DNA from: a virus
Strand: one strand, 5' to 3'
Virus record (IMG/VR): IMGVR_UViG_3300032770_000005
Location: 64,001 to 128,000 of that record
Length of the DNA: 64,000 nt
The notes beneath the pieces were generated by a model that ran no database searches, was not told where the DNA came from, and saw only the letters and a program-made list of their open reading frames with translations. A program made the position numbers and the translations under genes. Of the stretch, positions 56,944 through 64,000 are shown one piece after another. Positions within the stretch are counted from its first letter, which is position 1, and every line of letters begins with the position of its first letter.

Positions 56944-59403
56944 TCAGGCCTGCATCCCGGAGAACAGGGTGCGACCGAAGATGCCGCCCGCGAACCCGCG
57001 CCCCTCGTCGGTGGCGTAGTTCCGCTTCTGGACCTTCGTGTCGCGGTGCATCACGCCCGTGACGTCGGTGGCGATGTCCGCCGGCGTCTCGGTCGAGACG
57101 AACGGCGGCTGCGGGAGCGCCGGCGGCATGCCCGGCGGTCCGACCGGCGCCGGCGTCACCGCGCCCGTCACGACGGGCTGGATGGGCGGCGCCGCCGCAG
57201 CGGCCGCAGCCGTCGCGTCGTCACCGAAGCCCGCCGCAGCGTAGTACGTGCCCAGACCCGCCGCGGCCTCGTAGGGCCCACCGGCCGTCGCCTCCATGAC
57301 GTCCATCAGGCCGTCGATCGAGGAGTGGTCGGCGGGATCGATGCCCTCCTGGTAGCCCGCGGCCGCGTAGAACGTGCCCATGCCGCTGAGCGGCTGCTGC
57401 ACGTACTCGCCGACGCCGCTGAGCGGCTGCTGCACGTACTCGCCCATGCTCGGGTCCTGGACGTACGCGCCGACGCCGCTGAGCGGCTGCTGCACGTACT
57501 CGCCCATCCCCGCCGTGGCGTAGTAGGTCCCGAGGTACGGCGCCGCCTGCGTGCCGCGGAGGAGCCGCGCCATGAAGGCCGCACCCTCGCCGGCGACGAT
57601 CGCCGTGAGGTTCTGCCGGAGCATCGGGAACCGCGCCGCCGCGACGATGGTCGCCAGCGCGACCGCCAGGTTCGTGACCGACTTCGTCACGATGGCCTGA
57701 TCGGGCGTCTGACCCGCATCGAGCACGTTGCGCACCTGGTCGATGTTGGCGACCGCGTTCGCCGCACCGTTCGACGCCATGAGGCCACCGATCGCCCAGA
57801 CCGACGGCATGGCGACGTCGTTCATGAGATCGATCTGCGTCCCCATGATGCTGAGGTTCCGGCGCAGGTGGCGACGACGACGGTGGTTCGACCGCATGCT
57901 GTGGCGCTTGCTGTGGCGCTTGCTGTTGCGGCGCATCCGCCGATGATGTCGGTTGCGCACGACGATGTACTTGTTGGCGCTCACCCGCCGGCTCGACCGA
58001 CGCGACCGACGACGCTTGTTCCGACGCATGCCCATGGAGGTCCTCCTGTTCCTTCTGTTCGACGCGAGCGACTTGCGGCGACGCGAGCGCGCGTAGCCCT
58101 CGCGAAGCGCTCGCTCGTGAGCGCGCTTCGCTGCACCTCCGAACGTGAAGCGGCGCGTGTAGCTCCGCTCCGAGACGAACCCCGGCACGTACGTCGCGTA
58201 GCCGCGACGACGCGAGCGAGGTCCGAACTGGACCAGCTGGATGCGCTGGCCCGCTGCACGACCGCCACGCTGGGACGTGCGGCCGAGCAGGTTCGCTGCC
58301 ATGCGGATCCCCGCCGCGCCGTGCGCGTGCCGGGTCGTCGCGTGGATGTACGGCGGGTTGAAGAGCCGGCCCGTGTAGAACGGCGAGGCCGAGTAGCCCT
58401 TCACGCGCTTGTACCCGCGCACCTTCGTCGTGTAGTGGAACTTGCCCTGCTTCTTGCTGATCCGACCACGACGCTGCATGCCACGCGACACCGCTCGCGC
58501 GTGCGACTCCGCGCTCGCCGCGGCCGCCGCCGCCTTCGAGGCCTCGCGCTTCGCAGCGCTGGCTGCCTTCGAGGCAGCTCTCTTCGAGGTGGCCTTCGCC
58601 TTCTTGGCCTTCGAGACGGCCTTCTTGGCGTCCTTCTTCGCCTTCGAGGCCGCCTTGCGCGCCGACTTCGCCGCGGCCTTGGCCGCCTTCGGCGTCGAGG
58701 CGTGCTTCGCCTTCGATGCCGCCTTCTTCGCCCTGGACGCCGCCTTCTTCGACGCCCGAGCCGCGCTCTGCGCGCCCTTCGCCGTGACGCGACCACCCTT
58801 CACGGTGGGAGTGCTGTGGCGGCGGTGGTGCGAGCCGTGGCTCCGGCTGAGCCCGCGCGAGATGCGCCGGCGCTGGCGCGGCGTCAGCGACCCCATCGCC
58901 ATCGCGATCGGCGTCCCCGACACGCGACGGCTACGCCGCTTGCGGCTGTGGCTGCTGCCCGTGTCGACGGCGCGCGAAGCGGCCTTGATCGCTGCGCGAT
59001 CTTCCTCGGACATGTTCCGACGCATCGCGCGCTTGAGCGATTGCACGTTGTAGCCCATCGGTCGTCTCCCTCGTGCGTTTCTGCTGAGCACCTGTTTGCG
59101 GCTGAGCGGATGGGACAGCAGCGTCCCGTACTCGTCGACGGGGTAGAGCCGACCATGGCCCAACTCCGAGGCGTGCTTCTCGGCCCACCGCTTCGCACCG
59201 CGCACCGTTCGGTACGCGGGGCTCAGATGGTGATGGCTGCGCCCACGACCGCTGATCCACTGGAACGGGTTCCGACTCGGCGCACGACCGGGATTGATCA
59301 CGGTCATGTGCGTGACGCCGCCGCCCACGTTCGGCTCCATGCCGGGGCTGCGCTCGTACTTCCGAGCGACGTTCCGTGTCGTCTTGCGGTAGATCAGGGC
59401 CAC
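56944..59403 (-). CDS. large basic core/membrane protein with histone-H1-like region
   Basis: KKAASKAKK tract, many RxN motifs, hydrophobic helices, GEYVQQPLSG repeats, C-terminal GRGFAGGIFGRTLFSG. Confidence 0.8.
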   Translation of the reverse strand: MALIYRKTTRNVARKYERSPGMEPNVGGGVTHMTVINPGRAPSRNPFQWISGRGRSHHHLSPAYRTVRGAKRWAEKHASELGHGRLYPVDEYGTLLSHPLSRKQVLSRNARGRRPMGYNVQSLKRAMRRNMSEEDRAAIKAASRAVDTGSSHSRKRRSRRVSGTPIAMAMGSLTPRQRRRISRGLSRSHGSHHRRHSTPTVKGGRVTAKGAQSAARASKKAASRAKKAASKAKHASTPKAAKAAAKSARKAASKAKKDAKKAVSKAKKAKATSKRAASKAASAAKREASKAAAAAASAESHARAVSRGMQRRGRISKKQGKFHYTTKVRGYKRVKGYSASPFYTGRLFNPPYIHATTRHAHGAAGIRMAANLLGRTSQRGGRAAGQRIQLVQFGPRSRRRGYATYVPGFVSERSYTRRFTFGGAAKRAHERALREGYARSRRRKSLASNRRNRRTSMGMRRNKRRRSRRSSRRVSANKYIVVRNRHHRRMRRNSKRHSKRHSMRSNHRRRRHLRRNLSIMGTQIDLMNDVAMPSVWAIGGLMASNGAANAVANIDQVRNVLDAGQTPDQAIVTKSVTNLAVALATIVAAARFPMLRQNLTAIVAGEGAAFMARLLRGTQAAPYLGTYYATAGMGEYVQQPLSGVGAYVQDPSMGEYVQQPLSGVGEYVQQPLSGMGTFYAAAGYQEGIDPADHSSIDGLMDVMEATAGGPYEAAAGLGTYYAAAGFGDDATAAAAAAAPPIQPVVTGAVTPAPVGPPGMPPALPQPPFVSTETPADIATDVTGVMHRDTKVQKRNYATDEGRGFAGGIFGRTLFSGMQA
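57376..57508 (-). repeat. coding tandem repeat G(E/A)YVQQPLSG(V/M)
   Basis: ACGCCGCTGAGCGGCTGCTGCACGTACTCGCC and variants, three copies plus one partial. Confidence 0.85.
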
Positions 59404-59514
59404 TTGGACGCAACTCGCCTGCTCGACCCCTGAGAGCAGGCGAGGCGCAAGGCCCCAGGTCTTCGGAGAGAACGCTACACGCGAGAGATCATCGGCGCAA
59501 GAAGAATCGCACGC

Positions 59515-59703
59515 TCACGCGGGCGCCGGTTTCTTCTCGGTCGTCGCATCCTGCGCAAGTTCGCGCAGCTCCTTGGGAATCGCGAACCCGCGGCTCGACT
59601 GCCGCGCCTTGCGTACTTCTCGCTGGAACTCGCCGACCGCCTGCTTCATCTGCTGCACGGCTGTCGGTTCGTCGTCTCGCTTGCGGTCTTCCTCGTCGCT
59701 CAT
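59515..59703 (-). CDS. small hypothetical protein
   Basis: GGAGG RBS; coupled ORF. Confidence 0.6.
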   Translation of the reverse strand: MSDEEDRKRDDEPTAVQQMKQAVGEFQREVRKARQSSRGFAIPKELRELAQDATTEKKPAPA

Positions 59704-60059
59704 CTTGGCCTCCCCGGCGGAGATCGATCTCCGCGTGAGATCATCTCGAACCGCGCGTCCATCGCGCTGACCTTCGACTCCAAGCTGATCACCTTCTCGC
59801 GCAGGTCGACGAGGATCTCCATGATCTGCTCGTCCACCTGCCGCGTGGCGCCCGTCTCCCTGAGCGCCTGCGAGAACTCCTTCGTCGACTCCACGACCGT
59901 CGCCGTCACGGCTCGCGCGTCGTCCACGCGCGACTGCTGCACCTGGTTGAGGCGCTCGTATAGGCCGCGCGTGAAGACCGCGAGCGGCACGAGGATGAGC
60001 AGAAAGACGGCGCCGAATGCGCCCCACTGCTGCGTGATCTGCTCGGTGCCCGGCGGCAT
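59700..60059 (-). CDS. single-TM coiled-coil protein, holin-like
   Basis: QWGAFGAVFLLILVPLAVF followed by a coiled coil. Confidence 0.55.
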   Translation of the reverse strand: MPPGTEQITQQWGAFGAVFLLILVPLAVFTRGLYERLNQVQQSRVDDARAVTATVVESTKEFSQALRETGATRQVDEQIMEILVDLREKVISLESKVSAMDARFEMISRGDRSPPGRPR

Positions 60060-60060
60060 G

Positions 60061-60762
60061 TCAGCCGTCGATCCCGTCCTTGAGCACGCGGAGCCGCCCA
60101 CCCTGGATGAAGCCCAAGAAGCCGACGTCACCGTTGCGCAGCTTGTGCGGCGCGTAGATGGCGAGCATGTGTCCGTCCGGCGCGGTGAGGAGCCACGCGT
60201 TGCGTGGGTTCACCGTGTGCCGCAGATCGTCGCTCGGATCGTCATCATCGTCGCGCCGCACGAACCAACCGAGGCACTTGCCGAGGCGCGCCCACGCCTT
60301 CGGGTACTTCAGCTTGGTCGTGCCGAAGCGCGCTCGATCTTCCGGCTCCAGGTCGGCGTTGGAGTAGAAGCGCGTGCCGGCCCCGGGCTCGTACTCCAGC
60401 TCCTCGCTCTTGCCGTGCAGGTGCTTGTAGTCGACGTCCTGCCCGTCCTCGTACCACTTGTCGCAGCGGTACATGACGCTCACGCAATCGCCGACCGGCA
60501 CGACGAGCTTCGGAGGCTCGTGGTCGATCTCGACGATGTCGATGGGCTGCTTCTGATGGAACAGCCGGTAGCGTGCGAGCGCGGCGTCGAGGTCGCGCCC
60601 CTCGGAACCGGCGATGCGCATCGGATCTTCGATGGAGCGCCCGTAGCGCTGCCCCATCGCACCCTCGGAGCCTCGCGGCGCCATCTCGCTCGACGGCGCG
60701 TTCGGGCGTAGGCGCCGGCTTGCTCTGCGGCTGCTGCTGCCACGACTGCTGCGCCTGGTCAT
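60061..60762 (-). CDS. Arg/Ser-rich leader (RLRPN) plus unknown domain
   Basis: YRLFH, VMYRCDKW, YKHLHG, IQGG.L.V...GIDG. Confidence 0.75.
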   Translation of the reverse strand: MTRRSSRGSSSRRASRRLRPNAPSSEMAPRGSEGAMGQRYGRSIEDPMRIAGSEGRDLDAALARYRLFHQKQPIDIVEIDHEPPKLVVPVGDCVSVMYRCDKWYEDGQDVDYKHLHGKSEELEYEPGAGTRFYSNADLEPEDRARFGTTKLKYPKAWARLGKCLGWFVRRDDDDDPSDDLRHTVNPRNAWLLTAPDGHMLAIYAPHKLRNGDVGFLGFIQGGRLRVLKDGIDG

Positions 60763-61082
60763 CGCTGACTCCAGAGCCAGTATAGACCGACGCCGATCGC
60801 CGCGCCGATCAGATACTTCTGCATGTCGGCAGCGGCCGGCAGGTCGAGGCCGAGGCCTGAGCCCGCCACGCGTCGACGAACCTCGCCGCGGCACATCGTG
60901 TCGTAGCCGACGAATCTGGCGCTCGGCGGGAGCGGGTTGCACTGCGTGTCTGGGTCCGCGCCGAGGAAGTTGACGTCCGTCGGCCGTGGCGGCACCGGGT
61001 CGTCGCCGACGCTCACGGGCCGCGAGTCGCGGTACACCGCCCACGCGTTGTGATCCCAGTCCCAGACGGAGTACAAGGCCAT
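60759..61082 (-). CDS. small virion membrane protein
   Basis: YSVWDW...GSGLGL, then a C-terminal TM. Confidence 0.75.
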   Translation of the reverse strand: MALYSVWDWDHNAWAVYRDSRPVSVGDDPVPPRPTDVNFLGADPDTQCNPLPPSARFVGYDTMCRGEVRRRVAGSGLGLDLPAAADMQKYLIGAAIGVGLYWLWSQR

Positions 61083-61095
61083 CGGTACCACCAGC

Positions 61096-62298
61096 CTACA
61101 CGTCGAGCCCATGCCGCCGCAGCAGCGATCGGAGGTTGCGGGTTGCGCGGACGTCCGATGGCGTCGAGCCCGTCACGATGGGCGGCACGCGCACGTCGGG
61201 CGACATGAACCGCACGTGGTTGCCCGGCGTCTTCTCGACGCGCCACCCCTGCGCCTCAGCCGCCGCAATCAGCGTCCGCAGCTCGGGACTCTGCGTGAGG
61301 CGACGACTGCCCGAGGTGTTGGGCCGTGGTCGGGCCCATCGCGGACGCGGCGATGCCCAGTTGTCGTCGAGCGCCACGAGCCTCTTGTCGAGGCTCATGA
61401 TGTGCTCGCGCACGATGTGCTGCCGCGACGCGATCGGACCGTGCAGGATGTACTCCAGCGCCTGCCGTTCCCGACCGTAGGGCATGTACGCCGTCGGGTC
61501 TTGCAGACGAATCGCGAGATAGGCAGGCCGTCCCATGTTGTCCGGGTGCCAGGCCACCACCACACCGCGAGCTTCCGGCGGCACAGCAGCGGTCGCCGCG
61601 GCACCGTGGCTTCCCAGCGGCACGGACACGTTCGCCCAAGCGATCCACTTCACGTGCGTGCCGGGCGCGAACGTCCTCGTGGCCCACGTCTCGTAGCTCG
61701 CGCCCGCCTGGTGCCACGACTGCGGCACGGGAGCCGGTGGAATCGGGTTCGGTGTGTACCGTCCCTTCCACTGACGCCCACGGTACACAGGCTGCTGCGA
61801 TGCCCAGTTGTCTTGGAGCGGGATGAGCCACTGAAGCATCGATGGCGCGATCGGCCGCTGAACCGTATTGGTTCCGTAGCTGTCGAGGATCTTCCAGAGG
61901 TCATCGATCTCAGCTATCTGCCAACGCGCACTGACTCCAGCTGGACGCGCGGCGTAGTACGAGTACCCACGTGCATCCTGCACCGTCACCACGATCTGAA
62001 TCGGATGCCGAAGACGATCGTCGTGGATGACCCCGACCACCTCGCCGCGTGTTCCGTCCGGAACCGTGACCTCGCGGCGCGCCAGGCTCTCATTGGTCTC
62101 GTATGGGTCCAGTGGAGCAGCCCACCACGCCATGCTCTCCTGCTCGAACTTCACCGGCGTGCCTGGCGCGTAGGTCCTCCGCGCCCAGCTCTCTAGGAGC
62201 TGGCTGGTCGGATCTTGCGGCGGCGGCGGGATCACGTTCGCATGAACGCGACGCGAAGTGCGCGCTCGGCCCCGCTTCGGTCGGCTCGTGCGAGCCAT
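61096..62298 (-). CDS. modular protein: basic leader, two repeated domains, C-terminal HicA-like domain
   Basis: AEAQGWRVEKTPGNHVRFMSP..TGSTPSDVRATRNLRSLLRR. Confidence 0.75.
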   Translation of the reverse strand: MARTSRPKRGRARTSRRVHANVIPPPPQDPTSQLLESWARRTYAPGTPVKFEQESMAWWAAPLDPYETNESLARREVTVPDGTRGEVVGVIHDDRLRHPIQIVVTVQDARGYSYYAARPAGVSARWQIAEIDDLWKILDSYGTNTVQRPIAPSMLQWLIPLQDNWASQQPVYRGRQWKGRYTPNPIPPAPVPQSWHQAGASYETWATRTFAPGTHVKWIAWANVSVPLGSHGAAATAAVPPEARGVVVAWHPDNMGRPAYLAIRLQDPTAYMPYGRERQALEYILHGPIASRQHIVREHIMSLDKRLVALDDNWASPRPRWARPRPNTSGSRRLTQSPELRTLIAAAEAQGWRVEKTPGNHVRFMSPDVRVPPIVTGSTPSDVRATRNLRSLLRRHGLDV

Positions 62299-62300
62299 GG

Positions 62301-63191
62301 CTATCGCGACGCCGCTCGCCGACGCTCCACCATCGCGGGCACCCGTTCGAGCTTCCGGGCGTACTCCTCGACGCGGTACACGCTGTGCGACGACTGGTCG
62401 ACCATCCGCACGACCACGGGGTAGCCGCCTCGATTGTCGATGAGCCAGTGCATCTCGCCACCGTAGCGTGCGGCGATGCGCGTGTTCGCGAGAGCGCCGG
62501 CGAGGTCGGTCGAGATCCGCTGGAGCACGTTCTCACGCTTCTTGCCCGAGCCGTAGCGGTAGAGCCCCGGCGGCATCGAGCGCAAGCGCGACCACACGCT
62601 CGCGGGCATGAAGTGCTTCTGCTCGGACGGCCGCAGATCTCGCACGATCGCGATGCCCTCCTCGATCGCCAGCTCCGTCTTCGCGCCGATGTGCACGTTC
62701 GGCTCGACGCTCTCCTGCCACGCATCGAGCCCAGCGCGCCTGAGGGCCGCGGCGAGAGAGCGGATCTCCGTACGCTGCGCGGGCGTGGCGAAGTCCTGGA
62801 GCGCCTGCACGTGCGCGAACGCATCCTGGGCGCGCCACGTGTCGCCGCCGTTGAGCGCGTTCCAGGCCGTGGTCAGCTCGTGCTCGACCTCGTGCTCCAG
62901 CACGTCGAGCTGCTCGCCGCCGCGGTTCGACATGAGGCGCTTCCGGTCGCGCGGCTCCAGCGACAGGTACGCGTGCCCGCGGCGATCGACGACGTAAGCG
63001 CTTCGGAGGCTCGGATCACCGAGCCAGCTCGCCATCGCCGTGTCGCGCATGCGCGCAAGGGGACCCGTGCCGAGGTCGACCTTGCCGCCGCGCTCGTCCA
63101 CGCCCACCGCGTGGTACAGCGGCGGCGGCGAGTTCGCGCGAATGCGCTTGCTCGTGCGTCTTCGCTGACGCGATGTCCGCTTGGCGGCCAT
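62301..63191 (-). CDS. basic leader (RIRANSPP) modular protein
   Basis: Segments bounded by RAN, MSN and EPN. Confidence 0.7.
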   Translation of the reverse strand: MAAKRTSRQRRRTSKRIRANSPPPLYHAVGVDERGGKVDLGTGPLARMRDTAMASWLGDPSLRSAYVVDRRGHAYLSLEPRDRKRLMSNRGGEQLDVLEHEVEHELTTAWNALNGGDTWRAQDAFAHVQALQDFATPAQRTEIRSLAAALRRAGLDAWQESVEPNVHIGAKTELAIEEGIAIVRDLRPSEQKHFMPASVWSRLRSMPPGLYRYGSGKKRENVLQRISTDLAGALANTRIAARYGGEMHWLIDNRGGYPVVVRMVDQSSHSVYRVEEYARKLERVPAMVERRRAASR

Positions 63192-63193
63192 CG

Positions 63194-64000
63194 TCAGGCC
63201 GCCCTCGACGTCCTGCGATGCTTCCGACGAGAGACGGCTCGGCGCCGGCGCGCCGCCTCCGCCTTCGGCCACGAGACGAGGCCGCGGTACTGGCGCCACA
63301 CGCCGGGATAGCGACGCTGGATGGCGTTGGAGATCTTCAGATAGTCCCCCGCCGACCGGACGCGGCCCATGTGCAGCGCCTGCATCGCCTCATAGGCGCG
63401 CTCGGGTGTGTCGAGCGGCCATGCACGCCGCTCCGGGAAGACGAAGTCACGCGCGGGGATCCTCTCCCGCTCGCGAGCGCTGAGCCGGTTCCGGCTGACG
63501 CGCCGATGGTGACGGCGGCGGTTGGCGGCGTACCGACTCGCGTACCGCGTGCCATGCGGGTAGCGGCGGCGACGAGTCGCGATGCCCTTCCGCTTCGCTG
63601 CCGACGTCCGCGGCCAGCTGAGCATGTGCTTGTACTGCTTCCACACGCCAGGGTACCGACGCTGGATGGCGTTGGAGATCTTGAGGTAGTCGCTCGCGCT
63701 CCGCACGCGTCCGAGGTGCATCGCACGCATCGCATCGTACGCGCGCTTGGGCGTGTCGAGCGGCCAAGCACGACGCTCGGGGAAGACGAACTTGCTCGCG
63801 GGGATCTTCGCGCGCTCCCGAGCGCTGAGCCGGTTCCGGCTGATGCGCCGACCGCGACGGTTCTGGGCGATGCCCTCGCCCCGTCGGTACCGCGCGATCG
63901 CCGCCGCCTGCGATCGCGCGCGTACGACGCGAAGACCACTCGCGCTCGGATGGATGAAATCCTTCGTGGCTGATGCCGAAATCACGCTGCGGTGCGCGTA
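63194..64000 (-). CDS. basic protein with two DUF6582-like repeats; 5' end probably outside the window
   Basis: SRNRLSARER..IPA..FVFPERRAWPLDTP.RAY twice. Confidence 0.7.
   Translation of the reverse strand, partial: YAHRSVISASATKDFIHPSASGLRVVRARSQAAAIARYRRGEGIAQNRRGRRISRNRLSARERAKIPASKFVFPERRAWPLDTPKRAYDAMRAMHLGRVRSASDYLKISNAIQRRYPGVWKQYKHMLSWPRTSAAKRKGIATRRRRYPHGTRYASRYAANRRRHHRRVSRNRLSARERERIPARDFVFPERRAWPLDTPERAYEAMQALHMGRVRSAGDYLKISNAIQRRYPGVWRQYRGLVSWPKAEAARRRRAVSRRKHRRTSRAA

Noticed and set aside
56368-59433. 1021-aa plus-strand ORF and other long antisense ORFs (11748-13298, 19921-21912, 13977-15398)
   Set aside because: Shadow frames of strongly codon-biased genes on the opposite strand.
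1-64000. tRNA, rRNA, integrase, terminase, portal or tail genes
   Set aside because: None recognised by eye; absence is not proven without tRNAscan and HMM searches.

Overview
Very GC-rich (roughly 70% by eye), gene-dense window that reads as part of a large bacterial virus genome, probably infecting Myxococcota (inference). Layout: 1-8.6 kb glycosyltransferase/methyltransferase cluster; 9-15 kb kinase, NUDIX, UvrD helicase, ParB-like; 16-39 kb accessory genes (two Tad2/DUF2829-like, NDT-like, MazG-like, ADP-ribosyltransferase-like, PcfJ-like, ThyX, 5'-3' exonuclease, DUF1643); 44-64 kb minus-strand block with three tandem beta-rich putative single-jelly-roll capsid genes, membrane proteins and many Arg-rich proteins. 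No terminase, portal, tail or cas gene was recognised. Main signals: (1) one 36-bp CRISPR-type repeat (GTCGCGAGGCCAGCGCGGGGGCCGTGTGCCTGCGAC) occurs about 48 times at nine loci, as one 20-repeat array, six compacted mini-arrays and two solitary units, mostly oriented with local transcription; (2) unrelated proteins share a basic R-x-N-(P) tag, and membrane proteins share adenovirus-protease-like (L/M)xGx-G sites, suggesting virion targeting and maturation signals; (3) two transposase-less cargo cassettes with inverted ends, one splitting the NUDIX gene with an 8-bp target duplication; (4) a recurring palindromic operator and a set of leaderless promoters. Protein family calls come from motif recognition only; no searches were run.
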